This document shows, one piece after another, positions 28,003 through 37,286 of a stretch of 64,000 nucleotides of DNA. The notes under the pieces were generated by a model. That model saw only the letters and a list, made by a program, of their open reading frames with translations. It searched no databases and was not told the DNA's origin. Within the stretch, counting starts at the first letter, position 1; each line of letters opens with the position of its first letter. Source of the DNA: Solirubrobacteraceae bacterium (GTDB lineage Bacteria > Actinomycetota > Thermoleophilia > Solirubrobacterales > Solirubrobacteraceae); the NCBI GenBank assembly GCA_036008605.1, contig DASYNL010000045.1, positions 67,855 through 131,854 of the forward strand, given 5' to 3'. A program made the translations under genes and the position numbers.

Positions 28003-28917
28003 CTACTGCAGGAACTGGAGTAGTGATTCTTGGACGATGCTTGCGCCGGCGCGCAGCGCGGCCTCATAGGCAGCCTGCTCGTTGGAGTAGGCGATCGATG
28101 CCTGGGCAATACTCACGTCCTCTGTGTTGGCCAGGCTAGCGGTGATCGAGCTCTGCAGCGATTCGATACGACTCGTGGCAGTCTGCAACTGGTCGGTCAC
28201 GCTCCCGGCCGTGGCTTGCAATTGGCTCAAGCTGTCGATGCTCGATTCCAGGCTTTTCAGGTCGGTTGAGCCCAGCGCGCTGATGTCTTCGGCGCTACCG
28301 CCGCGCAAGTGTTCTGAGATCGTGCGCAGCGTGTCGAGCAGCTTGCCGTCGCCCGAGGCCTGACCGTTGCCGAGCAGCGAGGAGATGTCCGTGCTGATGT
28401 CGACTGACACGCCGGGGCCGATCGCGCGCGTGACCGTGCCGCTGTCGCCTTGGTAGGTGTCTTCGGCTCCCTGCGGGTAGGGCACGGTGGTCGTGTCGGT
28501 GCCCGAGAACACGTACTGACCCGCGTATTGCGTGTTTGCGTCCTGCTTGACGGCTTCGGTCAGCTGGTCGACCTCGGTGGCGATGCTTTCGCGATCGCTT
28601 TGATTGTTGGTGCCGGTCGAGCTTTGCACCAGCAGCTCGCGCACCGTCTGCAGCACGTTTGAGATGTTCGCCATCGCGCCGCCAGCCGTGTTCTCCCAGG
28701 AGATCCCTTCCTGGGCGTTGGTCGCATAGGAGCTCAAGCCGTCGAGCTGGCTCTGCAGGTCGATCACCTGGCTGGCGCCGTAGGGGTTGTCCGAAGGTTC
28801 GTTGATCGTCTTGCCCGAGGACAGTTCGTTCGATGTACGCTCGAGGGTGGCCAGCGAGGAGTTGATGTCGTTGAGGGTCGTGGCCGTGACCATCGCCGGC
28901 GTGATGCGTTCGGTCAT
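28003..28917 (-). CDS. flgL: Hook-associated protein 3
   Basis: ELSSGKTINEPSDNP; C-terminal AYEAALRAGASIVQESLLQFL. Confidence 0.92.
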   Translation of the reverse strand: MTERITPAMVTATTLNDINSSLATLERTSNELSSGKTINEPSDNPYGASQVIDLQSQLDGLSSYATNAQEGISWENTAGGAMANISNVLQTVRELLVQSSTGTNNQSDRESIATEVDQLTEAVKQDANTQYAGQYVFSGTDTTTVPYPQGAEDTYQGDSGTVTRAIGPGVSVDISTDISSLLGNGQASGDGKLLDTLRTISEHLRGGSAEDISALGSTDLKSLESSIDSLSQLQATAGSVTDQLQTATSRIESLQSSITASLANTEDVSIAQASIAYSNEQAAYEAALRAGASIVQESLLQFLQ

Positions 28918-28999
28918 GGGTGAGCCTCCACGGACCCGGCGAGCTCGCCGTCGCTCATAGGACAAGCTTTGGCTACTCCAAGGTGCAGACCGGGCATCG

Positions 29000-30313
29000 C
29001 TACAAACCCACCGTTCCGGTGCGCTCGATCAGCGTTTCGAGCATGCTGTCCATCGCTGTGAGTGTGCGTGCCGAGGCCTGGTAGCCGCGCTGGAAGCTGA
29101 TCAGATTTGTCATTTCTTCATCGAGCGACACGCCTGAGACGCTCTGGCGCTGGTTGTCGATCGCGGTGACTGTCGTCTGCATGTTGGCTTGCTCGTCCTT
29201 GGCCGTCTGCACACCGCTGCCGACCTGCTCGACGAGCGCCGCATAAGCCTGTTCGGCGGCCCCGCCGCGCAGCGCCGCGATCGCCTGCGCCACGTTGTTA
29301 CCCCCCGCGGCTTCGGTCGAGGATGTCTGCACCTGAGCGGCCTTCACAGCCACCTTGAGTGTGGCGGCGGTGGCGCCGGAGAAGAACGGCGTGCTCGTGT
29401 GCAGTGCGTTGACCGTGCTCGCCAGCGTGTTTGCCACGTTGTCGAGCGCCGTCTGATAGTTGTTGAGCGTCCCGGTCGGCGCCGTCAGGCCGAGCAGCGC
29501 GCCGAGCTTTCCGCCGGCAGCTTGCGTGAGTTCCTGGGGCCAGTTGACCGTCGTGCCTTCGACCAGCGGCTTGGGCGCATCGCCGAAGCTGACCGTGTCG
29601 GTGCCGTCTGGCTGCTCGCTGACTGTGACCTGCGCGAGGCTTGAGAGCTTGTCGAGCAAGAGATCGCGCCGGTCGAGCATTTCGTTCGGCTTCTGGCCCG
29701 CTTGTTCGGCGAGCTTGATCTGCCCGTTGAGCTGAGCGATCTGGTTGGCGTCGTTTTGCACTTCGCCGGAAGCTCCGGTTAGGGCCGCGTACTGCTCGCC
29801 GGCCTGGCTTGAGATCGTCGAGAGTTGCGCGCTGAGTTCGTGGAAGGTGTTTGCCAACGATTCGCCAGCGGCCACCACACCTTGCTTGGCGGCAATGCTT
29901 GTGGGGGCGTTGGCGAGATCGCTCCAGGCGCTCCAGAACGCCGAGATCTGGCTGGCAAGCCCAGAGCTCGATGGTTCGTTGAACGCCGCCTGGGCTTGGG
30001 TCAGCTCTTCGGACTGGGTACTGGCTTCGCTCAACGCGCTGTTTTGCGTGCGGTACTGCGCGTCCAGGTAGACGTTGCGCACGCGCGTGATCGTCGCGAC
30101 GCTGACGCCGGTGCCAAGCTGCGCGCCTTCACCGGTCAGCGGCGAGATCGCCGGGATCACGATCGGCTCGTTGGTCTGCAGCACCGCCCTCTGGCGCGAA
30201 TAGCCTTCGGTGTCCGAGTTGGCGATGTTGTTGCCGGTGACGTCTAGCGCCGCTTGCTCGGCGACCAGCCCGCTGAGCGCGGTTTGCAGGCCTTGCAGAG
30301 TTGGAATCGACAC
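29000..30313 (-). CDS. flgK: Hook-associated protein 1
   Basis: VTGNNIANSDTEGYSRQ; SGVSLDEEMTNLISFQRGYQASAR. Confidence 0.95.
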   Translation of the reverse strand: MSIPTLQGLQTALSGLVAEQAALDVTGNNIANSDTEGYSRQRAVLQTNEPIVIPAISPLTGEGAQLGTGVSVATITRVRNVYLDAQYRTQNSALSEASTQSEELTQAQAAFNEPSSSGLASQISAFWSAWSDLANAPTSIAAKQGVVAAGESLANTFHELSAQLSTISSQAGEQYAALTGASGEVQNDANQIAQLNGQIKLAEQAGQKPNEMLDRRDLLLDKLSSLAQVTVSEQPDGTDTVSFGDAPKPLVEGTTVNWPQELTQAAGGKLGALLGLTAPTGTLNNYQTALDNVANTLASTVNALHTSTPFFSGATAATLKVAVKAAQVQTSSTEAAGGNNVAQAIAALRGGAAEQAYAALVEQVGSGVQTAKDEQANMQTTVTAIDNQRQSVSGVSLDEEMTNLISFQRGYQASARTLTAMDSMLETLIERTGTVGL

Positions 30314-30317
30314 GGGC

Positions 30318-30869
30318 TTAGGCGCGCAGGTCGAGGACGTGCAGGTTGCCGTTTGGGCGCGCCCGCGTGATCGGCGTGGAGGAGCCGTGCGTGTCGTAGC
30401 CGGTGACTCCGTCGAGCGCCAGCACGCCCATCAGGTGGTCGAGGAAACCCAGTTCGATTTGCATCAATGCACGGTTGCAGGAGTGCTCGCGCTGCAGCTC
30501 GCGCAACAGGCCGCGCAGCTCCGCGCTCAGAGCGGAGGCACGCTCGGCGAGAGCATCGTCCATCAACGTGCACAAGCGCTCGAGCGTCACCGCCTCGGCC
30601 GCGATGCCCAGCCGCTCGCCGCTGCGAGCAAGCAGACGCGAGCGCTCCTCCTCGAGCAGCTGACGGCGGCCCATCTCCCCGCGCAGGATCCCGGCCAAGC
30701 GTACGACCGTGTCCACGTCGCGCGCACGTATCGCCTTGCCTTGCTCCAGCACGACCCCGAGCAGGCTTCGCGCCGAGCCGATTTGCGCGTCCAGGTGTGC
30801 GAGCACTTCCACGGCCAGCGCACGATCCTCGGCGAGCCCTTGGGGTGCGGCCAGCGCGGCCAAGCTCAT
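30318..30869 (-). CDS. flgN: Flagellar export chaperone FlgN
   Basis: Helical; LRELQREHSCNRALMQIELGFLDHLM; upstream of flgK. Confidence 0.75.
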   Translation of the reverse strand: MSLAALAAPQGLAEDRALAVEVLAHLDAQIGSARSLLGVVLEQGKAIRARDVDTVVRLAGILRGEMGRRQLLEEERSRLLARSGERLGIAAEAVTLERLCTLMDDALAERASALSAELRGLLRELQREHSCNRALMQIELGFLDHLMGVLALDGVTGYDTHGSSTPITRARPNGNLHVLDLRA

Positions 30870-31366
30870 GCGCTGGTGCCCCCGGTGGTGGCGGAACCGC
30901 CTGGCGGTGCGGTGACAGGTGGGTTGCTGTTTGTTGGGATTGGCGTGCTCGCGCCTGTACTTGCGCTGGTACCACCTGTCGTTGCCGCACCTACCCCGGC
31001 GCCTTGCGCGGCGGTACCTGCCAGCTGGCGAGTCATTTGAGCGGCGAGACCGAGGCCGCCCGCGCTCATCACACCGCTGGTCAGCGCCTGCGGCAACATC
31101 GAAGACAGCGGGCCGCTTGCGCCGCCGCTGCCCGGAGAGCCTTCAGTGGATTCGCCTTCCACGCCGCTTTCGCCGCCGAGGCCACTGCTCGCCGTCAGCG
31201 ATTGCGAGAGCTCTTCGACCAGCATCTGTTCGAAGGCAAGCGCTGTCTCATAGGCCTTTTGCGTGGCGGCGGAGCCTTTGCGCACCCAGGCGGGCTCGAG
31301 CGTCTGGTTGACGGCAGGCAGGTCGCTCGAGGAAAGCGGCGCGCCCGAGGACAGCGGGACGCTCAC
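30866..31366 (-). CDS. FlgJ-like rod-binding small protein
   Basis: ETALAFEQMLVEEL..GGLGLAAQM resembles the rod-binding motif; no muramidase domain. Confidence 0.6.
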   Translation of the reverse strand: MSVPLSSGAPLSSSDLPAVNQTLEPAWVRKGSAATQKAYETALAFEQMLVEELSQSLTASSGLGGESGVEGESTEGSPGSGGASGPLSSMLPQALTSGVMSAGGLGLAAQMTRQLAGTAAQGAGVGAATTGGTSASTGASTPIPTNSNPPVTAPPGGSATTGGTSA

Positions 31367-32103
31367 GACGGGCGCAGCTGGTTGGCGATCGACATCATCT
31401 GACTCTCGGTCTGGATCGCCGAGCTGCTCATCTGGTAGGCGCGTTGGGTGCTCACCATCAGCGCCATCTCCTTCGACATGTCTACGTTGGAGCCCTCCAA
31501 CGCGCCCTGACGAATCTTCGCGGCGCTCGCTTCCACGGCCTGCGGTGCGCCACTGGCCGTGGTCGGCGTCAGCGTGCCGCCGCCGCCAGCGAGCAGGTGG
31601 TCCGGCGAGCGGACGGTGACAAGCTTGATCTGGCCCAGCGTGCGCTTGCCGGCGCTCACGCTGCCGTCGGTGCCGATCTTCACCTCCTCGGCAGAGATAC
31701 CCGCCGGCAGCTTGATCGGCGGTTCGAGCTGGTTGCCTTCGGCGTCGACGATCGTGCCGTTGGCATCGACGGCGAAGCTGCCGTTGCGAGTCAACGCCGG
31801 CTGGCCGCCCGGACCCTTGACCTGGAAGTAGCCCGCGCCTTCGATCGCTAGGTCGAGCGGATCGCCGGTTTCCTGGATCGGCCCCTGGGCATGGCTGCGC
31901 CCGATCACCTGCGCGCTTGCGCCGGCGCCGATGCTCGATTCGGTGCCGGCCTCGTCAACCGCGTTGTAGAGCAGATCGCTGAAGGCGACGCGCTCGGATT
32001 GGTAGCCGGTGGTGGAGATGTTGGCGAGATCGTTTGAGACCGCGTCGAGCTGTTCCTGTTGCGCGGACATGCCTGCGGCAGCGGAATAAAGGCCTTCGAG
32101 CAT
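31363..32103 (-). CDS. flgG: Flagellar basal-body rod protein FlgG
   Basis: SNDLANISTTGY; ETGDPLDLAIEGAGYFQV; TRNGSF; LEGSNVDMSKEM. Confidence 0.85.
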   Translation of the reverse strand: MLEGLYSAAAGMSAQQEQLDAVSNDLANISTTGYQSERVAFSDLLYNAVDEAGTESSIGAGASAQVIGRSHAQGPIQETGDPLDLAIEGAGYFQVKGPGGQPALTRNGSFAVDANGTIVDAEGNQLEPPIKLPAGISAEEVKIGTDGSVSAGKRTLGQIKLVTVRSPDHLLAGGGGTLTPTTASGAPQAVEASAAKIRQGALEGSNVDMSKEMALMVSTQRAYQMSSSAIQTESQMMSIANQLRPS

Positions 32104-32107
32104 CAGT

Positions 32108-32265
32108 GATCCATCCCGTGAATTCGCTGTGGGTTTGCCGCTTGTATGTGCGTGATCTGACGGTTCACGGTATCCGTGCGCGTACTGGTAGTACGTGTGC
32201 GGACAGCGGGGACCGTCAGACGCGTGCAGACGCCGGGAAACACCAGTGGATTTACGAGATGGACC
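32108..32265. repeat. Long imperfect inverted repeat between flgF and flgG
   Basis: gatccatcccgtgaattc/ggatttacgagatggacc, tctgacggttc/ggaccgtcaga and ccgtgcgcgtac/gtacgtgtgcgg nest into one hairpin. Confidence 0.7.
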
Positions 32266-32266
32266 A

Positions 32267-32962
32267 CTAGGCGCCGCCGTTCAGTGAGCCGACCTGCGAG
32301 GCCGACTCCTGCAGAGTCTGGCCGATCGACTGGATCGCCTGCTGGCCGGACTGGAAGCTGCGCAGCGAAGTGATCATTTCGACCATGATCTTCGCCGCGT
32401 CCACACCCGAGCCCTCCAATGAGCCCTGGCGCACCGTGCCTGTCGGCTTGCCGGAGGGGCTGCCTGTGTAGAGGTTTTCTCCCTGCTTGACAGCCCCCGG
32501 CACTTCGAAGACGCCGAGCGTGCTCGGCGCGACGGTACCGTCGGCGGCGACCTTCACCGGCGCTCCGCTCTGGTCGAGCACGGGGTCGCCGCTGGCGTCC
32601 GTCAGCACCCCCTGCGCCGAACTGGTGAACTGCCCGTCGCGGGTGTAGCGCACGCCTTGGGCGGTCTTGACCGCGAAGAAGCCGCTGCCGGAGATCGCGA
32701 AGTCCAGCGGTTCGCCGGTTTCCTGGAGGGAGCCTTGCGTCATGTCTGTGTAGGTCTTGCCGAGCGCGACGCCGGCGTCGACCGATCCGATCGCCGGCCC
32801 GCCCTCGCTGTTGGCCAACAACACGTCGCCGAAGCTGTGTTGGGAGGATTCGTCGGGCTTGTAGCCGGGAGTCGAAGCGTTGGCCAGGTCGTTTGAGAGC
32901 TGGTCCTGGCGGACCTGCTCGGCGACCATCCCGGAGGCGGCGATGTACAGGCCAAGATCCAT
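32267..32962 (-). CDS. flgF: Flagellar basal-body rod protein FlgF
   Basis: LYIAASGMV..LSNDLANASTPGYK; ETGEPLDFAI; YTRDGQF; LEGSGVD. Confidence 0.82.
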   Translation of the reverse strand: MDLGLYIAASGMVAEQVRQDQLSNDLANASTPGYKPDESSQHSFGDVLLANSEGGPAIGSVDAGVALGKTYTDMTQGSLQETGEPLDFAISGSGFFAVKTAQGVRYTRDGQFTSSAQGVLTDASGDPVLDQSGAPVKVAADGTVAPSTLGVFEVPGAVKQGENLYTGSPSGKPTGTVRQGSLEGSGVDAAKIMVEMITSLRSFQSGQQAIQSIGQTLQESASQVGSLNGGA

Positions 32963-32973
32963 GTCCCCCCGGG

Positions 32974-33000
32974 TGTTCGACCGCGGATGGCGATTCTTTA
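32974..33000 (-). promoter_or_regulatory. Sigma-28-type promoter for the flgF operon
   Basis: Minus strand TAAA-N15-GTCGAACA. Confidence 0.6.
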
Positions 33001-33003
33001 GGC

Positions 33004-33816
33004 TCAGCCGACGGCGCTGAACAGCGACAGCTCGTCGGAGAGCCGGTCGTACAGGCGCCGGCGCAGCTGTGTGTGGATCTGGGAGACGCGGCTCTCCGAC
33101 ACTCCCAGCCGAGCGCCAATGTCGCGCAGCGTCCAGTGCTCCAGGTAGAGCAGCACGGCCACTTCGCGCTCGACCGGCGGCAGCAGCGCAAACGCGGCGC
33201 GAAAGCGTTCCTTGGCTTCGCGGCGCTCGGCGCACACGATCGGGTCGCAGTCGGTGTCCGGGCTCTCCAGCGTGTCGATCCGCTCGATCGTGGCGTTCTC
33301 GTCCGAGCGGACCGTGCGGTTGAGCGAGCCGACCTCCGCCAAAGCGACCTCGTCGAGGCGGCCCACGAGCTCTCTCGGGTCCATGTCGAGCATTGCCGCC
33401 AACTCGTCGCGGCTCGGCTGGCGGTCGTGGTTAGCCAGGAACACCTCGCGAGCATGGTTGATCGCGCGCTCGTCTCGGCGCAGCGAGCGGGGCGCCCAGT
33501 CGTGGCGGCGCAGCTCGTCGAGCACGGCACCGTGTATGCGTGTCCATGCGTATTGCTCGAGCGTGGCCCCCTTCTCCGGGTCGTAGCGCTCGATCGAGCG
33601 GATCAGCGCCTCCAGACCGCAGGATAGGAAGTCCTCGACATCGCACTGGGCCGGAACCTCGCGCACCTTGCGGTAGACGATGTAGCGCACCATCGGCGTG
33701 AAGATGAAGATCAGCTGGTCGCGCAAGCGCAGATCGCCGCTCTGGCGGTATTCGCGCCATGTCCTGAGAGCCTCCGCCGCGGAGATCCTCACGGCCCCTT
33801 TTGCGATCGTTTCCAT
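33004..33816 (-). CDS. fliA: FliA/WhiG family sigma-28 factor
   Basis: DFLSCGLEALIRSIERYDPEKG; RIHGAVLDELRRHDWAPRS; LGVSESRVSQIH. Confidence 0.92.
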   Translation of the reverse strand: METIAKGAVRISAAEALRTWREYRQSGDLRLRDQLIFIFTPMVRYIVYRKVREVPAQCDVEDFLSCGLEALIRSIERYDPEKGATLEQYAWTRIHGAVLDELRRHDWAPRSLRRDERAINHAREVFLANHDRQPSRDELAAMLDMDPRELVGRLDEVALAEVGSLNRTVRSDENATIERIDTLESPDTDCDPIVCAERREAKERFRAAFALLPPVEREVAVLLYLEHWTLRDIGARLGVSESRVSQIHTQLRRRLYDRLSDELSLFSAVG

Positions 33817-34158
33817 TTGCGACTCCGATTTCGAGGGAACTGCGAACAGGTGCCCTCGCCTGCGCCAAACCTGCCCGAGGTCTGAGATGCGCTATTTGCG
33901 AAGATTTCGGCCGCGGACCGTATCGGCCGTGCCGGTCGTAACCGTTTGAGTTGCTCAATCGGGACCAGTTAGCCGACTCTGCACAAACCTACGCAAAATC
34001 CTCATATTGATCACCTTTTAAATGATGTATTTCTTGCGTGTGGCTCGCGGGCTGGACACAGCACGCCATACACAGCACGCCACGGAGCGCGCGGGCGGTC
34101 GCATCGCACGAAGCCGTACGTGGCAAGGCGCGAGCCGCGGAACGGCACTTGCGCTCGC

Positions 34159-34185
34159 TCAGATATCGGCCAACCCGGTCGATGA
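34159..34185 (+). promoter_or_regulatory. Weak sigma-28-like promoter for the glycosyltransferase
   Basis: TCAG-N15-GTCGATGA. Confidence 0.4.
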
Positions 34186-34191
34186 CCATGC

Positions 34192-36711
34192 GTGAAGATG
34201 GCTGCTCGCTCCCCCGCCCCCATCCCTCCCGGCGACGGTGCCGCCAAGGCCGCGGGCCAAGCCCAACCGCCGATTTCGTCGCACAGCGACGACAGTGCCG
34301 CACTTGCGACCGAGCTCTCGGCCCGCGCTCAGCGCCTGCTCGACGCCGGCGAGCTTGACGGCTACCGCCGGCTGTTTGACGAGCTCGACTCGATCGCCGA
34401 CCCCCACCGCCGCTACCAGGCGGGCGTCGGCCTGATCGAGCGGGGCTTTATCGCAAGCGGCGATGCCCCCCGCACGCCCGCCCCCGTGAGGGGGCGCGTG
34501 GAGGGCGTGCTTTCCGCGATCGCAGCCGGCGCCATCGAGCTGCTCGACCAGCAACCGAGCGAGCCCAAGCTGCTCAACTACGCAGGCGTCGCCTTTTACG
34601 AGCTGTGGAGCCTCGACGCCGCTCGAGCCCTGTTCAAGGCCGCCAAGCGCCTGGACCCTCGCTCCGAGCAGGTGGACGACAACCTGGCCGCACTCGCGGG
34701 ACGAAGACGACAGCTGCGCAGCGCCGCCCGCGCCACGCCGCAACACCCAGTGCTCGTCGAGCTCGCAAACCGAGCGCTCAAGATCGCAGGGCGCGCACGA
34801 CCCGCCACGGGCATGCGCCTGAGCCTGTGCATGATCGTGCGCGACGAGCAAGAGATGTTGCCGCGCTGTCTTGCCTCCGTGGCCGACGCGGTCGACGAGA
34901 TCGTGATCGTCGACACCGGCTCCACCGACGCCACTGTCGAGATCGCGCGCTCGTTTGGCGCGCGCGTGCTCTTCCATGAGTGGACCGGCTCTTTTGCACA
35001 GGCGCGCAACGTCTCCTTTGATGCCGCCGAGGGCGACTGGCTGCTGTGCCTGGACGCCGACGAGGTGCTGGTGGAGGAGGACGCGCCACTGCTGCGCTCA
35101 CTCACTGGGCGCACTTGGCGCGAGGCGTTCTACCTCTCGGAGACCAACTACACCGGCGATCTCGAGGACGGCACCGCCGTCACCCACAATGCGCTGCGCG
35201 TATTTCGCAACCGGCCCGAGTACCGCTTCGAGGGCCGCCTGCACGAGCAGATCGCCCACTGCCTGCCCGGCTACCTGCCAGAGCGCGTCGAAGCAAGCGG
35301 CGTGCGCATCGAGCACTACGGCTATCTCGGCGCCGTGCGCGACAGTCGCGAGAAGTCGCGGCGCAACATCGAGCTGCTGCGCTTGCAACAAGCCGAGAGC
35401 CCGCCCACACCATTCCTGCACTACAACCTTGGCTCTGAGTACGCGGCCGCGGGCGAACCGCAGGCCGCGCTCGCCGAGTTCGAACGCGCCTGGAAGCTGC
35501 TACAGAGCCTGCCCGATCGCGACAGCTACCAGTTCGCACCGGCGCTGATGAGTCGCATGGTCAAGGCGTTGCGTGCGTGCGGACGTCCCGCTGACGCGAT
35601 CGCGCGCGCCGAGGAGGGGCTGCTGCGCTTCCAGGGCTTTACCGACCTCGTGCTGGAGCAGGCAATCGCCGCGATTGCGCTGGAGCAGAACGAGCGCGCG
35701 ATCGAATTGCTCGAGCGCTGCATCGAGATGGGCGACGCACCACGCCGCTACACCGCAACGCAGGGCAGTGGCAGCTATCTGCCAAGGCTGCAGCTGGCCG
35801 AGCTCAGACGGGCAGCAGGAGATCTCGAGGAGGCGACTCGCCTGCTCGAGCATTGCCTGCGCGAGTACCCGCGCTTTATCGGCTCGGTGTTGCCCTACGC
35901 GGGTCTGCTGCTGGCAAGCGGTGTCGAGCCGGGCGAGGTCTTGGCGCGAGTCGAGCAGCACATGCCAGACCCGCCGCCCGCGGCTCGCTTCATGCTCGGC
36001 ACCGCCCTGTACGAGTCCGGCGCCACGGTCGCCGGCGAGCTCCAGTACAGGGAGGTGCTCGCGCGCCAACCGCACTCCAGCCGCGCACGCGTCGCACTTG
36101 GCGAGACGCTACTTGCGCAGCGACGCTACGACGAGGCGGCCGAGGTGGCCTGCGAGCTTGCAGACGACGACACGCTCGCGGTGATCGCCCGCCGCACAGA
36201 GCTGTTCGCGCGCATCGCCGGCGGCGACTACGAAGGCGCGAAGGAGGCGCTCGAAAGAGCGCGCGCGACGGGCATGGCCCAGCACGAGCTCGACCTGTTC
36301 GCAACCTGGCAAGAGCTCGCGCTTGGCGGAGTTGACGTCGCCGCACTCTCAGAGCTTGCCCTGGCGCCGCTCGAAGTGATGCTCGAGGCGCTGCTGCGCG
36401 TGCACGACTTCAAGAGCTTTGAAGTGCTGCTCGGCGCGCTCGAGCGCACGCCGCTACAGCCGCGCGAGCGCCGCGAACTGCTCGCCAAGATGTACCTCCG
36501 GCGTGGGTTCCTGGCATCCGCGGCCGAGGAGTGGATAGCCGTCTGCGAGCAGGAGCCCGACGTCCCCGCGCTGCTGGGCCTCGCCCGCGTTGCCGCAGCG
36601 AGAGGCATGACACACGAGATGAGCGACTTCGCGGCCGCGGCGCTCGCGCGCGACCCCGACAACGAGGATGCCGCCAGCCTCCTCTCTCAAGCACATGCCG
36701 CAACCGCGTAG
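34192..36711 (+). CDS. GT2 glycosyltransferase with TPR repeats (probable flagellin glycosylation)
   Basis: LSLCMIVRDEQEMLPRCL, VDTGSTD, FAQARN, LDADE, RLHEQ, IEHYGY, KSRRNIELL; TPR-like helices. Confidence 0.88.
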   Translation: MKMAARSPAPIPPGDGAAKAAGQAQPPISSHSDDSAALATELSARAQRLLDAGELDGYRRLFDELDSIADPHRRYQAGVGLIERGFIASGDAPRTPAPVRGRVEGVLSAIAAGAIELLDQQPSEPKLLNYAGVAFYELWSLDAARALFKAAKRLDPRSEQVDDNLAALAGRRRQLRSAARATPQHPVLVELANRALKIAGRARPATGMRLSLCMIVRDEQEMLPRCLASVADAVDEIVIVDTGSTDATVEIARSFGARVLFHEWTGSFAQARNVSFDAAEGDWLLCLDADEVLVEEDAPLLRSLTGRTWREAFYLSETNYTGDLEDGTAVTHNALRVFRNRPEYRFEGRLHEQIAHCLPGYLPERVEASGVRIEHYGYLGAVRDSREKSRRNIELLRLQQAESPPTPFLHYNLGSEYAAAGEPQAALAEFERAWKLLQSLPDRDSYQFAPALMSRMVKALRACGRPADAIARAEEGLLRFQGFTDLVLEQAIAAIALEQNERAIELLERCIEMGDAPRRYTATQGSGSYLPRLQLAELRRAAGDLEEATRLLEHCLREYPRFIGSVLPYAGLLLASGVEPGEVLARVEQHMPDPPPAARFMLGTALYESGATVAGELQYREVLARQPHSSRARVALGETLLAQRRYDEAAEVACELADDDTLAVIARRTELFARIAGGDYEGAKEALERARATGMAQHELDLFATWQELALGGVDVAALSELALAPLEVMLEALLRVHDFKSFEVLLGALERTPLQPRERRELLAKMYLRRGFLASAAEEWIAVCEQEPDVPALLGLARVAAARGMTHEMSDFAAAALARDPDNEDAASLLSQAHAATA

Positions 36712-36798
36712 GCACTCGAGCCCCTGCAAGCGCGGCCTTCGCCCGTCTGCTTGTCACCAAGCGATGGATGTTCGCCGAGCAAGGAGGGTAGGCCTGAA

Positions 36799-36825
36799 TA
36801 AAGTTTTCGCGAAAGACGCCGATCA
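36799..36825 (+). promoter_or_regulatory. Sigma-28 promoter for flaG-fliD-fliS
   Basis: TAAA-N15-GCCGATCA. Confidence 0.8.
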
Positions 36826-36898
36826 CTTGAAGAGATATCAATCGCGAGGCGGCCCAGGGAACGGGTCGTCGCACACGTTTTCAGGGAGAAAACGCCAT

Positions 36899-37279
36899 AT
36901 GACCTCGCCGATCCTGCCATTCAATGGCCCGTCTTCGCTTGCGGGCTCTTCGTATCCGGTGTCGTTCATGAGCGACACCGGCGATCCAGCCGCGTTTCAG
37001 TCCGAGCTCAGCGCGAGCGATCGTCTGCTTGCAAGCCAAGACGACAGCGGCACACCGCCGCCCGAGGTGCTCGACCAGGTCGCGGCCGCGGGAAGGATAA
37101 GCCGCGAAATGCGCGAAAGCGGACATGAGCTGCGCTTCTCCGAGGGCAAGGGGGGGCGAGTCACCGTCGAGCTTTCCGATCGCAAGGGCAAAACCGTGAA
37201 GAGCATGTCGATTTCAGAGGTACTAGAGATCGCCGCCGGAAAGCCGGTGGAGAACCTCACCGGAAAGCCCTCGGTGTAA
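36899..37279 (+). CDS. flaG: FlaG-like protein
   Basis: ELRFSEGKGGRVTVELSDRKGKTVKSMSISEVL; upstream of fliD. Confidence 0.6.
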   Translation: MTSPILPFNGPSSLAGSSYPVSFMSDTGDPAAFQSELSASDRLLASQDDSGTPPPEVLDQVAAAGRISREMRESGHELRFSEGKGGRVTVELSDRKGKTVKSMSISEVLEIAAGKPVENLTGKPSV

Positions 37280-37286
37280 GACCTCG

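Noticed and set aside
33921-33950. Sigma-28 autoregulatory promoter for fliA
   Set aside because: GCCGATAC is present, but the spacing to TCAA/CAAA is 17-18 nt rather than 15.
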